64,000 nt of DNA from Octopus sinensis (Eukaryota), in assembly GCF_006345805.1 (NCBI RefSeq), contig NC_043006.1, forward strand, positions 93,062,001 to 93,126,000. Direction: 5' to 3'. This document shows, in pieces, positions 23,998 to 37,949 of this stretch. Each line of letters starts with the position of its first letter. Position 1 is the first letter of the stretch. The notes under the pieces are model-generated. The model was not told the origin of the DNA and searched no databases. It saw only the letters and a program-made list of their open reading frames with translations. The position numbers and the translations under genes were made by a program.

Positions 23998-26502
23998 ATG
24001 GATTTTACAGGTAAGATAGAACCGCTGTTTTGGGATTCATCTTTGAAAGATATTCCTATTCCTTCTAGAAAGGAATTTATCTTGAAACTTGTTAATAATG
24101 TTAAAGATTTTATTTCTAGAATTAAATGGAAAGCTTTTTACTATAATTTTTATTTATTTAATGATATTGATAGTAGGAATGATAATTTTACCTCTAAATT
24201 TAAATCTAGAAAGGAACCTCCATTTAATAAAGAATTACAATTACTTGAAGATAGTATATGGAAGGTGGTAAAATATTGAATTCCATAAATACCCAAATAG
24301 AAATAATGAATATTTAAGGAATTTAGCAATTAAAATTAAAGATATGAGAAATATGGATGGTATTATAGTACAATCTGATAAAACAAGGAACCTATATAAA
24401 TTAGATGTTAAATATATGATAAACTATTAGGAAAAGAAATAATTAAAAAATATAAAATTGTTCCAGATGATATTCTTTATAATATTAATAAGGCCTCTAA
24501 AGTAGTAATGTTAAAATATGAGTTGGATAATAAAACTGAACCTATGTACCTTTGCACCCCAGAATTACTCTTAAAGACCATAAAGATAATTTTTATTCAG
24601 ACCCTAAAGTTAGATTAATTTGCCCATGTAAATCGGACCTAGGAAATTAAGTAAATTTACTTTAGATAAATATATTGATAAGTTAAATTAACTTAATTAT
24701 TTAAAATTATGGTTTAGTAATAATAATACATTGAAATGGTTTAATAATATTAAAGATAAAAATCGTTATAAATTTATTCAAATAGATATAGATAATTATT
24801 ATTCTTCTATTAATGAAATTGTGTTTAATAAAGCGCTTATTTTCGCAATGAATAAAGTGGGTATGTCACGGGAAGAAGTTAATGTAATTAAAATGGCTAG
24901 GAATCGCTAATTAAATATAAAAATAAATTATGGGCTAGGAATGATACTAGAGATTGTTTTGATATACCTATGGGAGCACCAGATTCTGCACAGGCTACTG
25001 ATTTAGTAGGTATTTTTCTTTTATCTGAACTCCAATTAGAAAATCTTAAGATAGAGGGTGTTTATATAGAGACGATCTTCTACTAGTTACAAAGAATTGT
25101 ACTAATAGGAATCTAGAAGTATATAAGAAAAACTATATAGTTTCTTTAAAAGATATGGTTTAATATTACTATCTATAAGGAGAATTATAATGTTATTATT
25201 TAGATGTTAATTTTAATCTTATTACAGGTAAAACACAACCATATCATAAACTTAATGAGAACCTTAGATATATAAATGTTAATAGTAATCACCCATTTTC
25301 TATTAAAAAATCGTTGATTAATAATATAAGTAAACGTATTTCATTACTCTCTTATGATATAGAGATTTTTAATAAACATGCTAATTATTATAATGAGGCC
25401 CTTAGAGGGGCAGGTTATAATAGGAATATTAAATTTTATAATATTAGTGATAAAGATTTAATTGATAATTTTCGAGATACTTCTAATAATAATTATAATT
25501 TTGTTAGGTTTAGTGGTAAAATAATAGATATTATAAAAAAAATAATAAAAATGATAAAAATATAAATAAGAATAATAATAATAATAATAAATATAATAAT
25601 AATAATAATATAAATAAGAATAATAAAATAAAATAAATTTAATAATTATTATAATAATAATATTGATAAAATTAATAATATTAATAATTCCTTAAATGCT
25701 GTACATAGATATAATTTTGATAATATTTTAATAAAATAAAGAATTATAATATATTTATAATAATGATAATAATAATAAGGTTATTAAGAATAAAATATGG
25801 TTAATAGTTCCTTATGGAGATCAAGTAAAAACGAATATTATTAAAGAGATTTTAGATGTTATAGAACTATTTATTAGAGATAATCGTAAATATAGAAACA
25901 TTTTCTCTTTTAATAATTTTGGAGTTGGTTATTCTACCACTAATAATGTTGGTAACATTATTTCTTCATTTAATAAATATAAACTGAATAATTTTTATAA
26001 AAAGAAATTATTTGATAATAATATTAATAATGATAAGACTTATATTAATTGTACATGTAGAGATAAATCTAATTGTATATTAAATAATAATTGTGATATT
26101 AACGATGTAGTGTATAAATGTATAGTTACATTACATGATAATAACTTTAAGAATAATAATTACCCAAAAGCGGTTTATATAGGTTCTACTTCCTCAAAAA
26201 TAAAACTAAGAATCGCACAACATATGAATTCTTTTAAAAATAAAAACTTAATCAACTCAACCGGACTTAGTAAGTACATTTGGAGTCTTAAATCACTAAA
26301 TATTAATTATAGTTTAATTTGGGAAATAATTTGTAAAACTAAATCATATACTATAGGAGCTAATTGTTGTTATTTATGCTCTAATGAGTTTAAAGAAATT
26401 TTATTTTATAAGTATGATAATTTACTTAATACTGGTGAAGAGCGCAAAATAAAATGCAGACATAAGTTACTTTACCTATATAATAAGTTTCATGATAAAT
26501 AG
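23998..26502 (+). CDS. Penelope-like element RT + C-terminal GIY-YIG endonuclease, broken by single-base indels
   Basis: SLKDIPIPS, RIKWKAF, SDKTRNLY, LKDHKDNF, DIDNYYSSI, DIPMGAPDS (24961-24987), YRDD (25065-25076), Asn-rich linker, CTCRDKSNCILNNNC, VVYKC...VYIGST, CYLC...CRH. Confidence 0.92.
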
Positions 26503-28051
26503 CAATAATAGTTCCTATTAGGTTACTTTAGTTTAGTTTAAATTAGTTTAGATAATATATTTTTTGGTTATGTAGTCTAGGCTTTAATTATAGTTAGTCT
26601 TTATTGATATTTCTTGTTTTAATTAGTTCATTTTTAATGTATATTAATATAACAGTTTATGGTATGTTAAAACTTTAATAATTTATATTAGATTTTTTTA
26701 TTTTCTTTATTTATATATTTTTTATTTTTATTATTTTATTTTATATGTTTTTTATTATGCATTTGTTATATGTATTTTGGAGGATATATTTATATGTTGA
26801 TGGGTGTTATTTAGTGGTGTTTTTATTGAGTTTTGTATGTATGTGTGAATGTTTACGATCCCTTTGTTTTTTTTTTTTTATTTGGTATGTTGAATTGACA
26901 GATTTTATTTGGGTATTGTCTGTTATAATAAAGTATACACACCCATAACAAATATAAGTGCCCACTTCATTCGCGCGTACCTGGAATTGCATGTGAGCCT
27001 CAACATGTACACCAAACGGCCACTCCCGCCCGCCTTATACGGACAAATAAACACATACATCCCCAAAAATGGGCGTAATCCCACTCACACCAATCATATG
27101 TATACAATTATACACACTAGAATAATACATAACTAACCCAAATATACAGAACATATTAAAATCACACAACAAACCACCATCACAAATGAACCTACACCCA
27201 TACAATGACAAAACTCCCCCCTCTATACCCAATTTACACCCACATAGCAATCCCAATATATTCATCCATACATGGACGCACGTGCGTGAAGCACATGCAC
27301 ACAATAAATACGTACAACCCCCCAATACACACTCATATACATACGTATCAAGCTCGACATCCACAGCAATACGCTTACACCCATTCACACCCAGATGGGT
27401 GAATTGCACAACCAGGGAACGCACACACACACGTGTGCGTATTTTGATTGTGCAACTCGCCCATATGCATGTATGCGGGCGCGATTACATTGTTGCACAT
27501 ATCGAGCCCAACTAGCATGCATATGTACATGTGAGGGGTACACGTACATGCCGTGCGCGTGTACCCCTGCATTTATACCCGTGCGTGAATATACACATGG
27601 AGACTACCACACAGGTACAAATGTGTATAGTAATGGGAGCCCCATCACTACACTCAATGTATACTCTCACCCATCCGCACGGATTGAAAGCGAATCTCCG
27701 GTGTATATGTTGAGGCTTATATGTAGCGCTGTGGAGTTGAACGTCGTTGAAATAGTGAATGAATGGGTGGAGTTGGGAATTGTAACCGGGTGGTGGGCTA
27801 GCGTTGCTTGGAATTGGGAATGGAATAGTGTAGTAGTAAGGCAGGTATCGAGATTAGATTTGGGTTACTGCAAGTTGTTTGTTAGAGCTGCTAAGATGAG
27901 CTAAAGCTCATAATTGTATATAATAATTTATTATGGTAGTTTTATTAAAGAATCCATTCATAATAAATTTTTTTTAAGTAGTGTTGGTTTGCCACGTGGA
28001 TATAGTTTTTAGTTCCATTTATTCTATTTCTCCATTCATAATTTTAAATGA

Positions 28052-30220
28052 CGTTTACTTTCCATGGCGCGTATTCTTTTTTACATAAGTTATATTTCTC
28101 TGGTAACGTAATTTTGGTTTGGTTTTTTTAACGGCTAAGAATTTAATTTCACTTCATAATTTGAAACTGACTTGTAAGTATGTATTTTATTTCTCCTTAT
28201 GTCATATTGTTATTTTTGATATTCTGGTTAATTACGATGTATTTAATGTTGTTTTTTATTGGAGTGTTTATGTATATGAGATTGTGTGTGAGTTTTTAGT
28301 TGTATAATTTATTTATCTGTATGAGTGTGGGTGTGTAAATATTGTTGTATATATCGAGTTTAGTGAGTATGTATATGCGTATATGTGAGGGAGTATAAGT
28401 ATCTGTTGTGTGTGTGTGTTTTGCGTGTGTGTGTGTTTGTGTGGAATGTGTATATGGGTTTGTTATTTAGGTTTTGGGATGTATGTGTTTACTTTGTCTG
28501 TGTGGGGAGGGAGTGGGTTTTTGGTGTATATTGAGGTTTATAAGTTAGTATAGGTATGTGTATAAGTCGTGGGTCTGTGGTTTACGTGTGTTTTTTTTTG
28601 TGTGAATGTTTAGGTTAGGGGGATTGCTATATAGGTTTGTTATAGAGTTTAGCAAAGGGAGATTTTATCGTTATATGTTTTTAAGAGTTTTGTTTATCAT
28701 GGTTTTTTTTAGGGAATTCGTGGTATTTGTCTATTTTCGTTGTTGGTTGTTTTATTACATTGTTTCATTCATAATTTTTGAGTGGTGTTCGTTTTGCCAC
28801 GTGAATATTATTTTTAATTCCATTTATTCCATTTCTCCATTCATTATTTTAAAAGATGTTCGTTTCCAGAGCGGTTATACTTTTTATACATATGTTAAGT
28901 TCCTTGGTAAAGTAATTTTGTTGGTGTATATGTTGAGGCTTATATGTACTTGTGGGTGTGTGTGAGTGGGGTGGTGATTGTATTTGTTATGGGTGTGTGG
29001 TTTACGTGTGTGTATTTGTGTGTGAATGTATAGGTTAAAGGGATTGCTATATAAGTATGTTATAGTGTTTAGTAAAGGGAGGTTTTATCATTTATGTTTT
29101 GTGAGTTTTAGCTTATCATGGTAGTTTTATAAAAGAATCCATTCATAATTTTGTGTTTATTTGTCTGTGTGGGGTTGAGTGGGTTTTTGGAGTATATGTT
29201 GAGGTTTATATGTATGTATAGGTATGTGTAAGTGGTGTGGGTATTTGTATATGTCGTGGGTGTGTGGTTTACGTGTGTGTATTTGTGTGTGAATGTTTAG
29301 GTTAGGGGGATTGCTATATAGGTATGTTATAGAGTTTAGTAAAGGGAGATTTTATCATTATATTTTTATGAGTTTTGGTTTATCATGGTAGGTTTGTTAG
29401 GAAAATTCGTAGTAATTTGTGTCTATTTGCGATGTCTGTTGTTTTATTGCATTGTTTCATTCATAATTTTTAAGTAGTGTTCGTTTTACCAAGTGAATAT
29501 AATTTTTAATAATTCCATTATTCTATTTCTCCGTTCATAATTTTAAGTGATGTCCGTTTTCTAGAGCGTGAATGTGGGTTGTATGTGTGTGTGTGGGAGT
29601 ATGAATAAGTATTGTGTTGAAGTATTTAGCTATTTTATTTATTTATAGTTGCCTAGACGTTTTTATGTGTATGTATAGGGATATATATATAGGGGTGTGA
29701 TTTAGTGTATGTAGTTAGATATGGTTATATATAATTAGGTATATGTGTATGGGTATATATAGTTTATTATTATATTATTATTATTTTTTTGTTTTGTTTT
29801 AAATTTTATATTTTATATTTTATATTTTATTTAATTGTTGATAGTTTATTTTAGTTTATATATTGTTTATATATTGATTATATATGGATTATATATAGGT
29901 TATATATGGATTATATATTTATATTTTTTCATTCATACTTTAATTATTTTAAAATTATTATTTTTATATTTTAAAATATTGATACTTTAGATTGGAAGTC
30001 CACCTGAAGATTGTCGATCAAGACAAGAAACAATTGTAGTGGCGTTTTTTTTTACTATTTATTAAAATTTTATGTATTGATTAAGTCTTTCCTTGTTTGT
30101 TTTGCAAAATAGTGGTTTTGTCTCTAATAATATTTTATAATATTTTACTATAAAATTGGATTTAATCCTAAATCTGATTTTTTCCCTGTAAATTTGGATA
30201 TATTCCCTAATATTTATTAT
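28052..30220 (+). repeat. 3' direct pseudo-LTR of the PLE, ending in (AT)n
   Basis: Near-identical to 21772-23940. Confidence 0.9.
30000..30042 (+). ncRNA. minimal type I hammerhead ribozyme motif
   Basis: CCAC-CTGAAGA-TTGTC-GATCAA-GACAA-GAAA-CAATTG-TA-GTGG; GUA triplet. Confidence 0.85.
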
Positions 30221-30246
30221 ATATATATATATATTATATATATATT

Positions 30247-30277
<31 letters not shown>

Positions 30278-31489
30278 CTATATATATACACACATATATA
30301 TTTATAAATATATACGTATATATACACATACATATTACATACAAATATATATACGTATACATTTATATATATATATATATACATATATATATAATATATA
30401 TGTATAATAAATAAATACATATATATATATATATCCATCCATCCATCCATCACGCAATTTACATACACTGCAAGCTTCAAAAGTTCTTCCACCATTACTT
30501 TGGGAGCTAATTATAAATCATGTTGCCCAACTACACACTACTTACTTTCACATTCATGTAGCGAGATAGCTACAGTTCTTTTTGTTTCTCTTTCTCCCCT
30601 CTCTCACTCTCCTCATTTCCGTCTACACACTTCAGTCTGTCTATTTCATGACTGCTAATAGTTTCTGATAGTTAACGTACATAATATATTTCCGCGGGAA
30701 AAATTAAATAGACATTCCGTCCTTTTAATTATCCTAATGGGTCTACTTTAACTTGCTATCAGATTATCTAGGCAAGAGTGAATCCACTCTTCATATTAAT
30801 TCTAAAAGGCTCCAAAGTTAAAGTAGGCCAAGAAAGACTATCTAATTACATTCTTGCGTTCATGTATAAACTGGCGATTTTAATGACCACTTGCGCCTAA
30901 ATATATTTAATGTAATCAATCGATTGATATTCTTCTATGCCTCTGCTCAATATTCTTATTTCCAGGTGACTCTTCAGTTGAAATTCTAAAATTGATTCAT
31001 AGGTGGTCATTAAAAATATTTGCTGGATTCAGCACCTGCGCTACATTAACTACTGTATTATCTAATTACAGTAACCATGCAATTATTTCGAAGAAAGTGC
31101 GTTTTTGTTGGTATGTGTGTATATATATATGTACTAAAATGCGTATGTTTTTTCTACTTATACGTGATTTATGGCTGCGTATTTTTTACAATTACTCAAC
31201 GCATTTCGTATTTATGTCCATATTGCTGGAATTACAGATCCTACAGCATTTTGTGTTCAGATATAGTGTATTTAAAACGTATTGTTTCATTTGTATTGTG
31301 GTGATTTGGTTGAAGAGTTGGCGAGACAGCAAAATTGATGTCATGTATTGTGACCCAATGTGTTCAAATCGCAGCGATGCCGATTTTGTATCTATTTTAT
31401 TTTCGGAGCAGATACAATGTGTACAAATTAGGAATTGAGGAGGATGTAATCGACTATGCACCTCCATTTAAATTCCTGGCCCCGTGGCA

Positions 31490-31640
31490 AAATTTGAAAC
31501 CTATATTTCCGTCTACCAAATCTCGAGTTTTTGGTCAACCTGAGGCTATAGAAGACCTTGCCAAGGTGCTACGCAGTGGGACTAAACTTAGAACCATGTG
31601 GCTGAATAGCAAGCTTCTTACTACACAACCATACATGCGC
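31490..31640 (-). mobile_element. SINE family B head and core
   Basis: Reverse complement of the family B head (CTACGCAGTGGGACT...ACCATGTGG). Confidence 0.7.
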
Positions 31641-32268
31641 CAATATATATATATATATATAATTAAAAATCAATAAAAGAAAATGAAGAGAATTTTTTTT
31701 AATGCTTCGTTCATTTTATTTGTATTACGATTGAAAAGTAACGCAAATTAAAAGATATATGCCTATAAGAATAAGTATAAAAGGAACCCATCAACAAAAT
31801 AACCCAAAATTATCCCCACAAAATATTACTCTACATATGTTTCAATATAATATTTTAGAATCATCAATAATTGTAACTTTTAAAGATGTATTTAGCGTTA
31901 TATTGTTAGATCACGTGAGGAAAAATAAGTCTTGAGTTACGAAATGACATATTTAAGGAATATGTTTAGGAATGTTAAAATATCAACAAACTTTTCTGAA
32001 AGATGAAGAGTCTATGTTATTAGAAATTTATCGTTAAAATTTCGCTAGAATTGAACATTCTACTAAAACATCAAATTTATTTGAAAAAATATATGTTATA
32101 TCCAGAAAGGTTTATGTGGAGATGGTAGAAATACGGATGTGCCTTATCGTCAGAGGTGTAATGTACATATATATATATGTGTGTGTGTGTGTCTATATAT
32201 TTATTTATAAATACATACTGAAAGAGCGTATGTGTGCGGGAGAGTGTGCGTGTGTGGACACATATGTA

Positions 32269-32802
32269 TATGAAAAATTAGATTCAGAGGAATTAGGTAC
32301 TCAAGTTGAGGCACCAGAATTTAGTACTGTATTATCCATACAATTTCAAAATAAGGTGATTAGAATCAAAATAAGTAACAAGGATATCCAGAGGCAATGA
32401 TGTACGATCGTTTCAAGCAACTCCATTTAATTGAACAATGCAATCATTACATCGATTTAAACGCAGAGCAATCCTCAGCTACATAGACAAAATCAAATGA
32501 AAACAGATGGATGCATTAGTATCATTTTACAAAAAACCTCCAAGAAGTTAAAGTGATAGACAAAGAACATGGTGTCTTCACTTCAGCTTAGAAGCTACTA
32601 AGGTATCAGGAAAAAGACATGCTAGAGATCAAGCTTGTCACTGTTTTATGGGTTCAGTTTATCAATTCTTTGTATAAATTGATGTAATGATTTATCAAAT
32701 CTTGTATAATTTGATATAATGATTGCTTTGTTCAATAAAATGTAGTTGCTTGAAACGATCGTACTGCATTGCCTCTGGATATCCTTGTTACTTATTTTGA
32801 TT
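32269..32802. mobile_element. foldback element with degenerate long-stem-II HHR (same family as 58218-58568)
   Basis: Inverted arms at 32364-~32460 and ~32708-32802. GAAACGATCGTA occurs in both arms. The leading ~95 bp is homologous to 58218-58310. Confidence 0.7.
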
Positions 32803-32814
32803 TTGTATGTATGC

Positions 32815-32864
<50 letters not shown>

Positions 32865-32917
32865 GGAGGGAGAGAGAGAGAGAAAGAGAGAGAAATACAC
32901 ATATATATATATATAAA

Positions 32918-33510
32918 GCAAAGTTCATAAAATAAAATGTAGCATTAATATAATATATTTACTGCAAAACTTCAGCATATTCTCTTGTAGCTGTTTCGAT
33001 TCAGCCCAACGATCAAATTCCAGTAATTAAATCATTGTACTGGGCAAATAGTGTCAGAAGATTAGAAAAAGACATACCGTTAGGCTATTAGATGTTATCT
33101 TTCCAAATCATCTCAACACACTGAATATCATTTAATTGCTAATATTGTTATAAACCTGAGCCAGGTTATATTAGTAGGTAATGGATAATGTGTAATGATT
33201 GGTAGATATATAAATAAAGGTTAAATATTGAGTTACAGCAAATAATAGTATCACATTATCCATCACTTACTAATATAGCCGAGTATTTACTGGCCTAGGT
33301 ATATACCAATATTTGCAATGAAAGGATATTCACTGTGCTGAGATGATTTGGAAACATTTTTCTACTCCTCTGATAAGATTTGCCCAATACAATGATTTAA
33401 ATACAGGAATTTGATCTCTGGGCAGAATCGAAACAGCTGTAAGAGAATATGTTCAATTCTTGCAGTTAATAAATTATATTAATGCTACATCTCCATTTTA
33501 TGAATTTTAA
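32918..33510. mobile_element. older foldback element with degenerate HHR in each arm
   Basis: Diverged inverted arms at ~32918-33070 and ~33355-33510. GAAACAGCTGTA at 33430-33441. Confidence 0.65.
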
Positions 33511-33655
33511 TTTGAATATTTATAAACAAAGGCTTATACTTAAACCTATTGCTTATGAATATTACTAATAACCCCCAAAATAATAGGCAATGAACCAGTA
33601 AGTCATTGGATATTTTTATCCCTTACTTAGGCTATTTTAACCTCTACTTGAATAC

Positions 33656-33703
<48 letters not shown>

Positions 33704-35247
33704 ATTATATATATATATATGAGTCGTTTCCATTTACATGTAGCATTTCTGTAATTGTCCTCTTCTTATTTTGAGTATCATCGTAAAGTTTGAAATTTGA
33801 ATTTTCTTTTTTATATAGTCAAACTAAATTTATCAACTAGGATTTTTTTTTAATTAATTGGATTTGTCGTCGTTTCGAAGCATAAGTATCTATTTTTCAG
33901 TAATGATTTCTAAGACCGATGCAAACACACAATTTCAAGGAAGATTTATTTGATGAAATGTCTCCCAATAATTAAATTATTAAATGTTATATCACTTCAT
34001 TAAAGTGGAATTAAAGTCGGCGAGATTTCAACGCCTCATAATGTTAACTGTTCTTGGTAACTAACTCTGGTAATTTGCTACGATTGCATAAAATTACTGC
34101 AAAATGTGGACCGACTCTGTAAAATTTCTGCCAGTTCATGTATATTGTGTATTTATATTAAGTCTGTGTAATTCGAAGTTTACATTTGCTGTTTCGCATT
34201 TTATTTAAATAATTTAATAAAAAGGTTTCCATTAGAAGGAAATATGTTTTTGCATATTCCCAGTTAAATAGAATCACACTTTACCTATTATTTATCTAAT
34301 TGCCTATACCACAGTTTTGAAGTATAAATAACTGCTGAATTCTGTTACAAATTCATTCATCAAATTCCACAGTCAACAATGATTACACTCCCTAATTTAT
34401 ATAAACACCAATAATTCTTTTTTTTCTGGTTCGGCTGTAATCATAAGTATAAGCACCATATATAATCTTTAGCATGTATACATTTTTGTATAATCTGATC
34501 GAATGCAGACATTTAGATTAAAATCATTTTAGCATAACAAACATCACTTGATTCAATTACATGCATCCCATTTAATGTTAGTTGCATCAATTTCCTAATT
34601 CTTTGTTAAATGCGCCATTTTCTGTAACGATCTAATTTTTTATATTTCTTGATATTATTATAATAGAACTAGGAATGTAATTTTTCCAACCTTAAATTAA
34701 TTAACTCATAGAAAAAGCCCTTTGATTTGATAACTTTACCATAAATAGATTTGCGTAAATTATCCAACAATCGCTGCACGTTCATGGGCAACAGTAATAG
34801 ATAAGCTAATATCTAATAGGTTTTATTTTACAAATATAGTTTGAATAAAACTGGTCCTTTTCGAATGCAGATGATGGCATTTGAAACTTGAAAGGGAAAA
34901 CAAGACAAAACATATTTACCCAATGTTTTACGTACAATTTCTATCCATATAAATTGCCATTGCACCCCATTAAATACTCTAACGTAATTAGTTGAGTCAG
35001 AAATCATATGGTTAGAAACACGCCTGTTTTCATAATGGCGTATAGAGACATTCATAATTCGTGAAAGTATCTCTACATAACCAAAATAGAATATTATTTA
35101 ACCTCGTAAAAACACTCGTTTAGATGGAGGTAGTATACTGATGAGCGTTTATCAACAAAACCTTATGATAGGGCCACAAACACTGAATGTATTCTTTTTT
35201 CCAGGTTTGTATTACTCTTTACACAGGATATAATAAAATATCATAAT

Positions 35248-35477
35248 GCGGCGACCTGGCAGAAACGTTAGCACGCCGGACGAAATGATTGGCGGTATTT
35301 CGTCTGGCGCTACGTTCTGAGTTCAAATTCCGCCGAGGTTGACTTTGCCTTTCATCTTTTTGGGGTCGATAAATAAAGTACCAGTTTCGCACTGGGGTCG
35401 ATTTAATCGACTTAATCCGTTTGTCTGTCCTTGTTTGTCCCCTCTATGTTTAGCCCCTTGTGGGCAGTAACGAAATA
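35248..35477 (+). mobile_element. SINE family A, full length
   Basis: Head, GAGTTCAAATTCC B-box-like motif, body and 3' end are all present. Confidence 0.9.
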
Positions 35478-36448
35478 TATAATATAATATCATTTAGAAC
35501 ATTCCAATTCGATTGTTTTCTGCAGCTTTCGCAACTCTAATACTGAATTTGGACCTTGAATAAGCATCTGTCTTGTGCTACACGATTTGAAGTTCTTCAA
35601 ATTGATTCTCTCATTCTCAAACGTTTTGCACTAAAGAAAGGAACCTATTTCAAAATGCCGTCAGCAAAGAAAATTTACGCAACGGAACTATATTCGGCAT
35701 ACAGAATGAAATATAAATAGAATTTAGTTACATAGACATTCCTTTCTATATAATTATATACGCAAATATGTCTGAGTGCGCAAGAGTGTGCGCACGCAGC
35801 CATCCATAGGTATAATACTCGGTCATGGCATGTAAACACGTGCTTGAGTGTGTGAGTGGCACGCGTGTGCGTGCGTCCGTGCATGTATATACTTATATCG
35901 ATATTACAGGTGTGAAGTATGTGAGCAAGGGTTCACAGGTGTATAATGTGGCGAAGAGCAATGGCTATGGTACCACTATTCAACAGTATTCATAATATTT
36001 ATAACAGCCATTATTTCTCCTTAACGATATCTATCTGCTCCTATATTCCTCCTCTCACTTCCCCTCTCCTTTTGCTCATACTTATCAACGACTCATACGA
36101 CTCCCACTCTCACGTATTTGATTTCATTCATTCCTTTCTTACTTCTTCACCATTTTCTTTTTCAAACATTTGGGTTTTTTAAAATTCTGTTCTTCCGACT
36201 TCACTACTCATTTCAACTTATATTTATGGTGAGCAAACATCCAAGCGAGAATGTAACTTTCATGTAGTTAAGGTATACTCGGCCTGATGGTTAAGTAAGT
36301 TCAGTATCTATCATTAAATAATTATTACATCAGAGGATCGGCTAGGTAGATTAGAAATACACGTAGTCTGGAATTCATCCGCTCCGCTCCCTCAGTTTTG
36401 ATACACACGCACACACACACATACACACACACACATATATATATATAC

Positions 36449-36559
<111 letters not shown>

Positions 36560-37949
36560 TTACATATATATATATTGCATGTGTTACGTCCTCGCGTTGT
36601 TTTTTCTTGTATTTTTCTCCAAATTTTTTAATAAACTATATATATATATATGTATACAAGACAGCCTTCCGTTAACTAAATCCAATGGCTATAATAGAAG
36701 ATACCCGTGGTGACAGGCAGTGGGACTAAGCCTACCATGTAATTGTGGGTGACCATAACATAGCTATATCCGAAAGGGTATAGTCTATTACAGTAGTGAT
36801 AGAAAAAGCACAAAGAGGAAACAACGTATACGAGAGCCAAAAACTGGAGCATATATTTGTGAGGGACTTAATGCAAGTGGCCTTTTGCATATACAGTCGA
36901 GACTTTTTCTTTTGGGTTGAGGGAGATTGACTGCAACATTTTCCCACATTTCGGGGCAAAACAGTCCCCATCCCGACCCCTGAGTCTTTTTATAGCATTA
37001 TTATTTCTATGGGATGAGATGTCTTCTGCTCGTGAAAGACGAGTTGTCGTAAAAGATATGTTTTCACCATGTGATTGGGTGAATGAGATTAACAACAGAA
37101 GCTCTATTTTGATTAGTGCTAAACATGATTTAGTTTGGCCATATTCGAACTCCTAACCGAACTGTATGCTAGCGTTAATTGACCGATTTTAGGAGGATAC
37201 GGATATCAAACTTTTGCGCGTCAAAATTATTTAGTAATTATTCAAATTAAACAAATAACATTGAATAAATTCCCAGGATTTCCCAGTGCAGGAAGAACAT
37301 AGATGGTAAATACAATCGCAACTCCAACTTTGTAAGATTGCAAACTAATAGAAGTGCTATGAGTAAATTAGAATCTCATCAAACGTAGAATCACTGCTAT
37401 TATTCTGATATTTGGGCTGATAATGTGTAATCTATTGGCCATTGTTTTAATGGGATAACTACAAAAATCATATTGTTTCACGCGGAGCTGTAATTCTGCA
37501 ACATACTTAAATGTTATTGTATCATCAGATTGTTAGTTAACTTTCTATTAATGTTATAACGCATTCGGAGAATGAGAACGAAAAGCTTTATTGCATTGCA
37601 GAATATTCTTTTAGCATTTATAAGAAAATATGTATGATTACTACATCTGCTAGAATTAGAAGCTAAATCTCTTTCAGCTCGTAATCTTAAAATAGGAAGT
37701 ATAGATTGGAGAATTTAGTTGTATGCAAATCAAAACGAGAGGGATGCAACTGAAACAGGTTTGATAATTGGTACAATTTTCCAGAACTGGTCTGATAACA
37801 TGAAAAACAAAATAGCCTGTACGTCATCACCAGACCAGCACAAAATATCAAACGAGTCTTGAGTAAGGGGAAGGCACAATGATTAATGCTGTAATTCTTA
37901 GAGAATTCTCGTATGTAGAACGGTCACGGTTGAGAAGCTTTTTCTTATA

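Noticed and set aside
26041-26465. Possible selenocysteine recoding as in some Naiad PLEs
   Set aside because: The conserved cysteines I checked are TGT/TGC codons, not TGA, and the domain order is not Naiad-like.
30992-31676. 148-aa hydrophobic ORF and overlapping 113-aa ORF as a membrane-protein exon
   Set aside because: Crosses a microsatellite and runs into SINE sequence (from ~31445); no family motif.
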